IMG/VR virus record: IMGVR_UViG_3300013132_000031
Coordinates: 44,086-108,085 of that record
Reading direction: 5' to 3' (one strand)
Length of the DNA stretch: 64,000 nt
From: a virus
Every line of letters starts with the position of its first letter. Position 1 is the first letter of the stretch. Made by a program: the position numbers and the translations under genes. Below, piece by piece: positions 38,053 through 46,256 of this stretch. The notes under the pieces were generated by a model, which saw nothing but the letters and a program-made list of their open reading frames with translations, was not told where the DNA came from and did no database searches.

Positions 38053-38241
38053 ATGGTTGAAACTTTGGACAAGGAGGCTAACCAGATTCGCTCAGAAAGT
38101 TTCAAATTGGCCTGGTACATGCGAGGCGGCATAACCTACGAACAAGTCATGCAGTTGAGTTCTGTTGAGCGCGGCATGATCAATGCATTGGCCAAAGAAA
38201 ATATTGAAACCACAAAGAAAACCAACTTACCATGGTTCTAA
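38053..38241 (+). CDS. Small gp51/GT-like ORF, probably made as a -1 frameshift extension of the gp26-like protein
   Basis: WYMRGGITYEQVMQLSSVER; frame open back through the slippery site 38005-38011; no clear SD. Confidence 0.7.
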   Translation: MVETLDKEANQIRSESFKLAWYMRGGITYEQVMQLSSVERGMINALAKENIETTKKTNLPWF

Positions 38242-38738
38242 ATCAAGAAACTGTTGCTGCTGACATCTTAGCCTGGAGTGAAACTTTTGTGGAAGTCCCG
38301 CATCCTGCACTAGGTGGGTGGCCGCCTTGCCCGTTTGCAAGGCAAGCACGCCTTAACCAAACCATACAAGTTTTGACTGGCACAGATCCTTACTTTGATC
38401 TAAAGAACCGAGCACGTTGGGGCATGGGCCGCTATGAGGTGGTTGTGTATGCATATGATCCTGAGGACTGGCCTTATGCTCGTTTTCACTCTGCCATTGA
38501 ATCAGCCAACCAAGAATTTTTGTTAGCACGTGATATCCTGGCTCTGGAAGATCATCCTGAGGATGTGGAAGATGTCAACGGTGTGATAATGAATCAAGGC
38601 CGGTATGCTTTGGTGCTGGTACAAAGTCTTTCAAAGTTAAACACAGCCGCCCGACAAATAGGCACCAAAGGATTTTATCATGCCTGGCCTGAAGAATACT
38701 TGACTGGGCTGTTTAGACATAGACAGGATCCCAGATGA
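38232..38738 (+). CDS. DUF1415-like protein
   Basis: W.E.FV..P...G..PCPFAR and DHP motifs. Confidence 0.5.
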   Translation: MVLNQETVAADILAWSETFVEVPHPALGGWPPCPFARQARLNQTIQVLTGTDPYFDLKNRARWGMGRYEVVVYAYDPEDWPYARFHSAIESANQEFLLARDILALEDHPEDVEDVNGVIMNQGRYALVLVQSLSKLNTAARQIGTKGFYHAWPEEYLTGLFRHRQDPR

Positions 38739-39172
38739 GCAGTTATCAGTTTGCCAGAATTGACCTCAGCAAAACCAACTACAGCATAGGCATAGAATGG
38801 ATGTACATAACCCGTCCAGATATTCCTGCACTCAATGCCATCTATCGTAATTACTGCGTGTACAAAAAGTTTTCAAGCGTGATGCCCATATTTGACAGCA
38901 GATACACCGACCCCATGACTGATGTGATTGGATATTATGACCAGGCCCAGCTGGTAGCGTTTTCACTGATCAAACGCTACGACGAACACAATGCACTGTG
39001 CGATCAATTTGCATGGACTTATCACAATCCTAAAATGCGCATGGGTATAGAAACAATGAAAGCCGAGTGTGCCATATACCGAGCACGAGGATTTAAGTAC
39101 TTGTATCTAGAACAAGCACACTTGTACAAAAGTGAAATAGACGGATTTGAAATATTAGGACCACTGGAATAA
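38735..39172 (+). CDS. Aminoacyl-tRNA-protein transferase (ATE/Bpt C-terminal GNAT)-like protein
   Basis: IY..YC.YK, GYYD..QLVAFSLI, W.Y.NP...MG..TMK.E....R.RGFKYLYL....YK....GFE pattern. Confidence 0.6.
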   Translation: MSSYQFARIDLSKTNYSIGIEWMYITRPDIPALNAIYRNYCVYKKFSSVMPIFDSRYTDPMTDVIGYYDQAQLVAFSLIKRYDEHNALCDQFAWTYHNPKMRMGIETMKAECAIYRARGFKYLYLEQAHLYKSEIDGFEILGPLE

Positions 39173-39175
39173 AAT

Positions 39176-40318
39176 ATGTATAGTGTATATCAACATTGGG
39201 ATCCACTCAAGGTATGTGTTGTGGGACGTAGTTACCCACCTGAGTTTTATTCATGGATCAAAATTCCACATGTACGATCGTTGTTTGAAAAAATAGCAAT
39301 TGAAACTGAAGAAGACTATCAAAAAATTATAAAAAAACTTCAAGAATTTGGCGTCGAAGTATTAAGACCTCAATTGTCCATCAACACCGTTGATAATCAA
39401 AAATATTTTCCGCCACCTATGTGTCCAAGAGATAATATGATTATGTTAGGACAAACATTTTATCATGCTGATCCGTTTAATTTTAAACAATTTTACAAAG
39501 ACGTTAAAGATACATCCTGGCCTCCATGCCAATCTTTAGAAGAATTTGCAACATTGCCACTGCTTATACAAGATGAATGCAATAATGTTCACAAATTGTC
39601 AGATCACCTATTGTCAACCTATCGTAAAACGTATGAAAATTATGATCACGTATTTGCTCAAATCAGCCAACAAGGCAATGAACTAAAGAAAACTGGTATT
39701 TCCAAAGAGCCTGGCGCTTTTATCAGCCGGATCGGCAGAGACTTGTATTTTGGCACAGAAAATTATACCCAAGATCAAACTCAGTATCAAATAAATATTG
39801 ACGCTGAATTTCCTAACACACGTAATCACATTGTGAACACTGGAGGGCACGGGGATGGTGTATATTGTCCTGTTTGTCCAGGTTTAATAATCAGTTTGCG
39901 CGACGTTCCAACATACAAAAAAACTTTCCCAGACTGGGAGGTTGTGTACTTGCCAGGACAGAGTTGGGCTAAAGTACAACCTTTTTTACGTCTCAAAGCA
40001 AAAAATCAAGGCAGATGGTGGATACCAGGGTTTGAACATGATCAAGCAGTGATTGACACTGTTGAAACTTGGTTGGGACATTGGGTCGGATATGTTGAGG
40101 AAACGGTGTTTGATGTCAATATGTTGATTGTTGATCCAAAAAATGTCATAGTGTTTAATTATAACAAACAGGTATTTGATGCACTACATCGTTACGGTAT
40201 TACTCCGCATATTGTGCCGTTTAGACACAGATATTTTTGGGATGGCGGCATACACTGTGTCACACTGGATTTACATCGAGAAGGTGTCATGCAAGATTAT
40301 TTTCCACAAAGAGGTTAA
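39176..40318 (+). CDS. Amidinotransferase (glycine/inosamine-phosphate amidinotransferase family)
   Basis: WDPLKVCVVGR, PRD, GHGDG, DVNML, catalytic-type C-terminus DGGIHCVTLDLHR. Confidence 0.9.
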   Translation: MYSVYQHWDPLKVCVVGRSYPPEFYSWIKIPHVRSLFEKIAIETEEDYQKIIKKLQEFGVEVLRPQLSINTVDNQKYFPPPMCPRDNMIMLGQTFYHADPFNFKQFYKDVKDTSWPPCQSLEEFATLPLLIQDECNNVHKLSDHLLSTYRKTYENYDHVFAQISQQGNELKKTGISKEPGAFISRIGRDLYFGTENYTQDQTQYQINIDAEFPNTRNHIVNTGGHGDGVYCPVCPGLIISLRDVPTYKKTFPDWEVVYLPGQSWAKVQPFLRLKAKNQGRWWIPGFEHDQAVIDTVETWLGHWVGYVEETVFDVNMLIVDPKNVIVFNYNKQVFDALHRYGITPHIVPFRHRYFWDGGIHCVTLDLHREGVMQDYFPQRG

Positions 40319-40319
40319 C

Positions 40320-40661
40320 ATGGATTTATACACAATTTGGGCAGACAAAGAAGGAGACATCTCAGACATTGACTGGGTCAACGGTATGAAGAGTTTCTTT
40401 GATCATCTAGTAGAAGAGGGCCGTATGGAAACCTATAGAATCACACGTTGCAAGATGGGATTCCGTAGCATAGCAGACATGCCCGAATGGATGATCATCA
40501 TGGAATTCCAGAACATGGCACAAATGGATCAAGCCTTTAAAAGAGTAGCACCACTCAAGGGCGATCTAGAAACCAAACATCGAAGTTTCAATCAGTTTGT
40601 TTCAGGAAACATTCAACATGCATTGTTTAGAGATTGGCCAGATACCAACTTGGATGATTGA
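40320..40661 (+). CDS. DUF6614-like dimeric alpha/beta-barrel protein
   Basis: Start MDLYTIW after SD GAGG; YRITRCKMGF, PEW.IIMEF..MAQMD.AF, LFRDWPD. Confidence 0.55.
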   Translation: MDLYTIWADKEGDISDIDWVNGMKSFFDHLVEEGRMETYRITRCKMGFRSIADMPEWMIIMEFQNMAQMDQAFKRVAPLKGDLETKHRSFNQFVSGNIQHALFRDWPDTNLDD

Positions 40662-40685
40662 TTGTATACTGTAAAAAGAGCTTGT

Positions 40686-41723
40686 ATGAATCAAAAAATA
40701 TGTGTTACTAGTTGGCGCAGCATGGGATGCACGTTTATTGACTGGAGTATTCATTTTTTATCTGGACAAACTAGATATTACAATGCCAGTGCAAATGATT
40801 TTATAGAGTTAAGCCAAAATCCAATCAACAACATAAACGCCCACGGGCACAATAAAAATCATCCACTGGGATATGCTGAAACAAAAAAATGTTTGGAAAT
40901 TTTTGACAATCTAACAGACCAGGCCATTTGTTCAATGTATGCTGCCTGGTTGCCGCTTGATAGTGGCGCCAATATTATCAACGTTGGTATTGAACAACTG
41001 CCTGAGTCCAATATGATGACACAAGTTCAACAAACCATTGCTGACGACTACAACAAGATCTTTGAACTATGTTATAAAACTAATACAAAGATAATATATG
41101 TTGCACCAGATGATAGAATGCACCTTTATCATCAATCCATTAGATCTCACAGTAGATTCATGACCAGGCCAGACCAACCAAATTCACCTAAAGAACTCAG
41201 TGATGAAATGCAGCAAGTGTTCTTTCAAAACAGTTTATCTCGTTGGCAAGATTTAAATTTAACCAACGTTTGGGACATCAGAGAACGCATGGCATTGGAT
41301 AGCAGGCCATTTGCTGCCCACAAAAGTGACACCAAAATCCTATATCCCCATCATTGGGTAAGTTGTTTGAGTTTGTGGACCCGAACAGAAGAATCTATAG
41401 CAAACATTTTAAAATATCTTGACTTAGAAATTGATGCCAAAAGATTAGAACAATGGTTGCCTATCTGCAGACAATGGCAAAAAATGCAAACAGACATACT
41501 TGAGTTTTGTTACAATCAGCCACACATTGTTGATGCTATTGTTAATAATTTGGATTTCAGTATTGACCTAACATTTGATCAAGAAGTTATAATTCAGCAT
41601 TGCTTGATTTATCAACATGGACTGAATCTAAAAACTTGGCAATTAAAAAAATTCCCATCAAACACACAGGAACTACACAAATTGTTAGAGCCTAACATAC
41701 ACCCAGTTCCGGTGATTTATTAA
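40686..41723 (+). CDS. Hypothetical protein, possibly P-loop/sulfotransferase-like; paralog of 47263..48153
   Basis: GCTFIDWSI, N.NAH.H, HP, C-terminal QE..IQ..L...FPSNT.ELHKLL. Confidence 0.5.
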   Translation: MNQKICVTSWRSMGCTFIDWSIHFLSGQTRYYNASANDFIELSQNPINNINAHGHNKNHPLGYAETKKCLEIFDNLTDQAICSMYAAWLPLDSGANIINVGIEQLPESNMMTQVQQTIADDYNKIFELCYKTNTKIIYVAPDDRMHLYHQSIRSHSRFMTRPDQPNSPKELSDEMQQVFFQNSLSRWQDLNLTNVWDIRERMALDSRPFAAHKSDTKILYPHHWVSCLSLWTRTEESIANILKYLDLEIDAKRLEQWLPICRQWQKMQTDILEFCYNQPHIVDAIVNNLDFSIDLTFDQEVIIQHCLIYQHGLNLKTWQLKKFPSNTQELHKLLEPNIHPVPVIY

Positions 41724-42180
41724 AGATCTCTAAGAGATCTGTTGATTTCGCTGTGCTCATCAACGTATTGTTTTTTCTAGCGCGAAGCGACCAAGTATTC
41801 ATGTAGATTGTTTTAGTCAGACGGAACCGTTTTGCGCGGTTCCATCTGTGTCTTCATGTGAGTTGAATCAGCCAAGACATTGGAAGTAGGTAATTTTTTA
41901 TACACCGTATGCTAAAGGACTCTGTGCTTTTCCTTCCTACCACGATACGCTAGTGCGCTCTAAACCTCGTTCCTAGTGTTTAGATGTTTATAGCCGGTGT
42001 CTTCGTATGCTAACATTCATACTATATCAATGCGTTGGCCCTATTGTTCTAGCCTCAAACTCGCTTCCCCTTCAGGATAGTGGGATTTACCCACGGGAGT
42101 GCATCAATATGTCACGTGTCCGGTTTATTCCCCGGTTTTTCCACAGCGGTATTGCAAACTGGCCCGCCAACCTTGGGTGT
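41724..42180 (-). ncRNA. Candidate large structured non-coding RNA of unassigned class
   Basis: Largest ORF-free gap in the window; many helices with G-U pairs only on the minus strand; possible pseudoknot. Confidence 0.7.
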
Positions 42181-42618
42181 TAGTTGATTTGTAATTTTAT
42201 CTTTGATGTGTGAGCCATGCACACGTACTTGTATATGGCCGTTGTAATAATCTGTTGATTCCAATACTCGCCTTGCAAATTGTTCTCTTGCCTCAATGTA
42301 ACTGCATTCAGACTTGCTTTTGCAATAGTAAAGTATTTCTCTGGAGAAGTTTTTGGTGCCTAAAGTGATTACGTCTGCGGTTAATTCTGGGCTTGACCCG
42401 TAGTACTCACGCCAGTCTGAATCGACTTTGGTTCGTATCTTTTTCCGCTTTTTGATGCCGTTCTTTTGTTTTACTGTCTTGTACGTTGTTTTTGAAAATT
42501 TCGCTAATTTTTTGCCTATGTACCGGCGTCCAGTGAGATTATTTGTGATCTGATAAACAAATCCCACACATTCTTCGGGCAGTGTCTCAACTGGGGTGTC
42601 TTGATAAAGCCATGTCAT
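42112..42618 (-). CDS. Short GIY-YIG nuclease (catalytic domain only)
   Basis: GFVYQITN..TGRRYIGKK, DWREYYGSS, FSREIL, E..EQF, YYN. Confidence 0.88.
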   Translation of the reverse strand: MTWLYQDTPVETLPEECVGFVYQITNNLTGRRYIGKKLAKFSKTTYKTVKQKNGIKKRKKIRTKVDSDWREYYGSSPELTADVITLGTKNFSREILYYCKSKSECSYIEAREQFARRVLESTDYYNGHIQVRVHGSHIKDKITNQLTPKVGGPVCNTAVEKPGNKPDT

Positions 42619-42681
42619 GTGAGTTTTGAGAAATTGCCTTTCGTGCTATAGTTATGCCTTTGAGAGTGATTATATAGAATT

Positions 42682-44763
42682 TTATGCTAGATCAATATCT
42701 GTGCTGTAACTGGTAAATCCGTTTTCTTTTACTACCCGGAGTATGTTCTCCACACGCCCGGCTAATTCGTCTCTATGGCTCACAAGCCAAATGCTCTTGT
42801 GACGCTCACGAGTCATCTTCTTCAACAGCGCCAAACTGGCTTCTACACCTTGCGTGTCTAGTCCAGAGTCAATCATCTCATCAATAAACAAGATGTTGAT
42901 GGGGTGATACAAACTTTCCCATACATCACGGAATGCCCAACTCATGCTAAGGATCAATCGATTACGCTCACCACGACTCAAGTTGTCAAAGTCAAGTTCT
43001 CGACCCAGTTCCTCAATGCTCACACTCAAGTCGTTTTGAAACTTCACTGTGTGCGGCAATCCAATGCGATCCAAATAGTGTGTGAGTCGGGCATTCAAGT
43101 AACTTAGATTCTGATCAATAATTTTTTTACGAACAAAACTATCTTTGCTGGTCAACAGTTTGAGCAAGAACTCTTGATGGTCTTGCACTTTGGTCAGTTC
43201 GTTAATTTTATTGTAGTCAACCACTTGCAAGGCCTGTTGTTGCATGTCCTCAATCTGTTCGCTGTAGGGATCAGTTTCGGCATGCTTGCTGGTGATATGT
43301 TGTAGCAAGTTATTGACTTGTGTGGAGTGTTTGATGGCCTGTGCTTCTGTGTCGTAGTGTGTGACAGGAGGAGCACCCAATTCCACAGGCACATAACCTG
43401 CAAGTTGTTCAGCATAAGGATCTGCTTCTGCTGACTTGTCTGCAATCTTTTGCTGTAAATTTTCCACCTCACTGCTGTGGCGAATGGCTTCTGCTTCGGT
43501 CTTGTAGTATGTTGTGGACCGAGCGCCCAGTTCGCCCAATGCTCGAAGTGCATCAGTATTTTCCATCCATTGACCATTGGTGGCCAAGGCTTGTAGTGCA
43601 GACTCCTGCAGTGCTTTACGCTTGGTTTCCAGCACAGTTTCGTGGGCACCGTCATGAAACTCTTGACCACAAGCATAACACTTGTGTGCTTCTAGTTCAG
43701 CAATCTCTGCCCGGAGTTTATCTGAAGTCTTTTGTTCTCGTGCTTCATCTGACACACAACGAGCAATGAGTTTTTCAAGTTCAGCAATGTCCTTGGCCCG
43801 TTGATTGTATGCGGCCAAGTCTTGGTGTGCTTGTAGTTCTGCTGAGATATTAATGTGACTGAGTTTGGTGTAACTGTCTTGCAATGCAGCAACTTCTTTG
43901 GCCTGTGTTTGTTGCCAAGCGGTTTGATATGCCAGCAGTCGATCATGTGCATCTGCTTGTTTTTTACGTTCGTTCCACAAGGCAAGTTCTTTGTGAGCCA
44001 ACAACTCTACTTCAATGTTGACTCGTGTCAAGTCATCGTATTGCCCCACAAGATACGCCAAGTCGCTGTCGTATTTCTTTTGCCACAGCCCCTGTCTACG
44101 GCACAGGCTTTCAATTTGTTCTTCAATGCGCTTGTTGGCTTCTTGAACAGCCCGCACCCTAAACTCTTCTGAGGTAATAGCGTCCTTGGTGGCCTTGTTG
44201 AGTTCTTTGATACGATCAGCACGTTCACTCAATACTGTAATACCCAACAACTGCTCAATGATGGTTCGCTGTTCGTTGGCTTTCAAACTTAAGAATGGTT
44301 CGGTATATGTGTTCAGCGCCAAGATGTGCTTGAACATGTCATGACTCATGCCAAACACACGCTCAATGGCATCCTGTGTTTCACGGCTGTCACCCTGTGC
44401 ATCGTCTGTGGCAGTTTGTTCTTCACTGTCCACATAGAAACGTAGGACATTGGGTTTGCGTCCACGTTCAATCTTGTATGTTTTACCGTTGACGGCAAAG
44501 TCCAAGCTGACCAACATGCCCTTGCCATTGGTTTTGTTTACTAGATTGTCCTTGCGAATGTTGCTGAGTGCTTGTCCATACATGGCATAACTCAGGGCAT
44601 TGATGATTGTGGTCTTGCCTGTGCCATTGCGTGATCCGTCACCACCCAGGTCCAAATTCTCACCTAACACCAGCGTAAGGTCTTGACGATCAAAGTCAAT
44701 GCCTTGCGTGGCCGCACCCACACTCATGAAGTTCTTAACAGTGAGATTTTTAATTTGAATCAT
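42682..44763 (-). CDS. gp46: Recombination ATPase gp46 (Rad50/SbcC-like)
   Basis: Walker A NGTGKTT, zinc hook CYAC, signature LSRGE, Walker B LFIDE, SH. Confidence 0.95.
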   Translation of the reverse strand: MIQIKNLTVKNFMSVGAATQGIDFDRQDLTLVLGENLDLGGDGSRNGTGKTTIINALSYAMYGQALSNIRKDNLVNKTNGKGMLVSLDFAVNGKTYKIERGRKPNVLRFYVDSEEQTATDDAQGDSRETQDAIERVFGMSHDMFKHILALNTYTEPFLSLKANEQRTIIEQLLGITVLSERADRIKELNKATKDAITSEEFRVRAVQEANKRIEEQIESLCRRQGLWQKKYDSDLAYLVGQYDDLTRVNIEVELLAHKELALWNERKKQADAHDRLLAYQTAWQQTQAKEVAALQDSYTKLSHINISAELQAHQDLAAYNQRAKDIAELEKLIARCVSDEAREQKTSDKLRAEIAELEAHKCYACGQEFHDGAHETVLETKRKALQESALQALATNGQWMENTDALRALGELGARSTTYYKTEAEAIRHSSEVENLQQKIADKSAEADPYAEQLAGYVPVELGAPPVTHYDTEAQAIKHSTQVNNLLQHITSKHAETDPYSEQIEDMQQQALQVVDYNKINELTKVQDHQEFLLKLLTSKDSFVRKKIIDQNLSYLNARLTHYLDRIGLPHTVKFQNDLSVSIEELGRELDFDNLSRGERNRLILSMSWAFRDVWESLYHPINILFIDEMIDSGLDTQGVEASLALLKKMTRERHKSIWLVSHRDELAGRVENILRVVKENGFTSYSTDIDLA

Positions 44764-46256
44764 ATATTGCTATTATACACATAGCCCATGGCTTTTGCAA
44801 TCTCAGGATGAGAATCCGCAAAATTTTGATTTCTTAAAGAATCAAAGTGCTTGCATAGTTTTATAAATTCTTGCCCATCTGAATCAGGACCTGATAAGAT
44901 ATAGTTTAAGATATTTTTCATTTCGGGCCAAACGCGATGTTGAAATTTTTCTGTGATCAACTTTTTAGCCTCAGCAGTGAGATTTTTAAGATCAAACCCA
45001 GCTGGTTCAGTAACATACCCCACATTTATTGCAAGTCCTAAATCATTAGCCCATTGTACTATTTCGTCTAGGTATAAAACATTCATTATGCTGATTGCGG
45101 GCATAACACTTATTTTGATATTGGGCAAGTTAAGAGCAATTAACTTTTTGATGTTTGAATCAACTTGCTGCCAACTACCACCTCGTTCAAGTTCAAACCG
45201 ATCACCGATGTTGTCGATGCTGAATTGTATGTCCACATGATTGAAATGTTTCCAGTATTCAATCAATGTTTCAGGATACACAGATCCATTGCTGTTATAG
45301 TGTAACCGAATTTGTGAGGCATGTCCTTGTTCTACTGCTTGTTGAATTATGTGCAGCAAAGATTTCAGCAAAAACGGTTCACCGCCGTACATGTCTATGT
45401 TAGTTAAATTTGGCAATAATTTTACAATTTCATCTACAATTTCGAGATTAGATTCTGGCCAATTAAAACTTTCTATAGAAATAAATTTAGATGCTTTTAC
45501 TTCTTGTGCAAACAAGGAACTGCCCAGCGGATTACAAATGCGGCATTTAAAATTGCAAGTATTTCCCGGTTTAATATCTAAACTTTTAATAGTGGGACTA
45601 TCCAAATCAACTGTCAGCAGTTCTTTTTGCAACATACGCATGTGATAATATCGGCTGCTGGTCAACCCTTTTTCTTCGCTGGCCCAACAATTGTTGCATC
45701 CACTGGGTTTTTTACCATCAAGCAATTGTTGACGTAGATCTTGAATACTATGATTGTTAAATGTGTGTTGCAATGAATTTTTTTTGACATGACCAACACT
45801 GTGTTGGTACACACAGCATGGACGAATCTCTCCAGACGGTGAAACTTCTAAGTGTCTCCAAGGCAGCGGACACAGTGTATTTGGGACAAAAAAGTTGTTT
45901 TTTATAGGCTCAGTAGTTTCAATTTCCACTTGCAGTGTTTGAAATGTGTTTGTGTGGTTTAATTTTGCAAAGTGTTTTGTTTGTTGATCAATATCATATG
46001 GACTGCAAATTAACACAAAATAATTTGATATATCAATCAAATCAGTAGCCTGATACAGATGTTGTAGCAAACTAACTGGTATAATTTTTGAAGTATAAAA
46101 AACCAGTCGATCGTTATTACTAAATTTTTCCTGATGGCAACGATCAAAATGTTTGTATGCATGAGTTGGAGAAGTAGACAGTTCGGCCAAGTCAACAAAA
46201 CATTTTACATCATAAAGATTTTGCAGGCTTTTTTCTAAATGATCTATTGACATCAT
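44760..46256 (-). CDS. Radical SAM protein with N-terminal SPASM/twitch-like Cys domain
   Basis: CPLPW...RPCC...CNNC, then CNFKCRIC, YGGEP, YNSNG, SIDN. Confidence 0.9.
   Translation of the reverse strand: MMSIDHLEKSLQNLYDVKCFVDLAELSTSPTHAYKHFDRCHQEKFSNNDRLVFYTSKIIPVSLLQHLYQATDLIDISNYFVLICSPYDIDQQTKHFAKLNHTNTFQTLQVEIETTEPIKNNFFVPNTLCPLPWRHLEVSPSGEIRPCCVYQHSVGHVKKNSLQHTFNNHSIQDLRQQLLDGKKPSGCNNCWASEEKGLTSSRYYHMRMLQKELLTVDLDSPTIKSLDIKPGNTCNFKCRICNPLGSSLFAQEVKASKFISIESFNWPESNLEIVDEIVKLLPNLTNIDMYGGEPFLLKSLLHIIQQAVEQGHASQIRLHYNSNGSVYPETLIEYWKHFNHVDIQFSIDNIGDRFELERGGSWQQVDSNIKKLIALNLPNIKISVMPAISIMNVLYLDEIVQWANDLGLAINVGYVTEPAGFDLKNLTAEAKKLITEKFQHRVWPEMKNILNYILSGPDSDGQEFIKLCKHFDSLRNQNFADSHPEIAKAMGYVYNSNI

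Noticed and set aside
5676-40319. ORF-track starts at 5676, 8436, 37181 and 40176
   Set aside because: Promoter, SD and overlap evidence favour 5706, 8490, 37142 and 40320
41724-42180. tRNA, tmRNA, RNase P or group I intron identity for the structured region
   Set aside because: No cloverleaf or T-loop/CCA end, no RNase P GAGGAAAGUCC, only a weak GAUAUAGU resemblance to group I P7, and no interrupted gene flanks it
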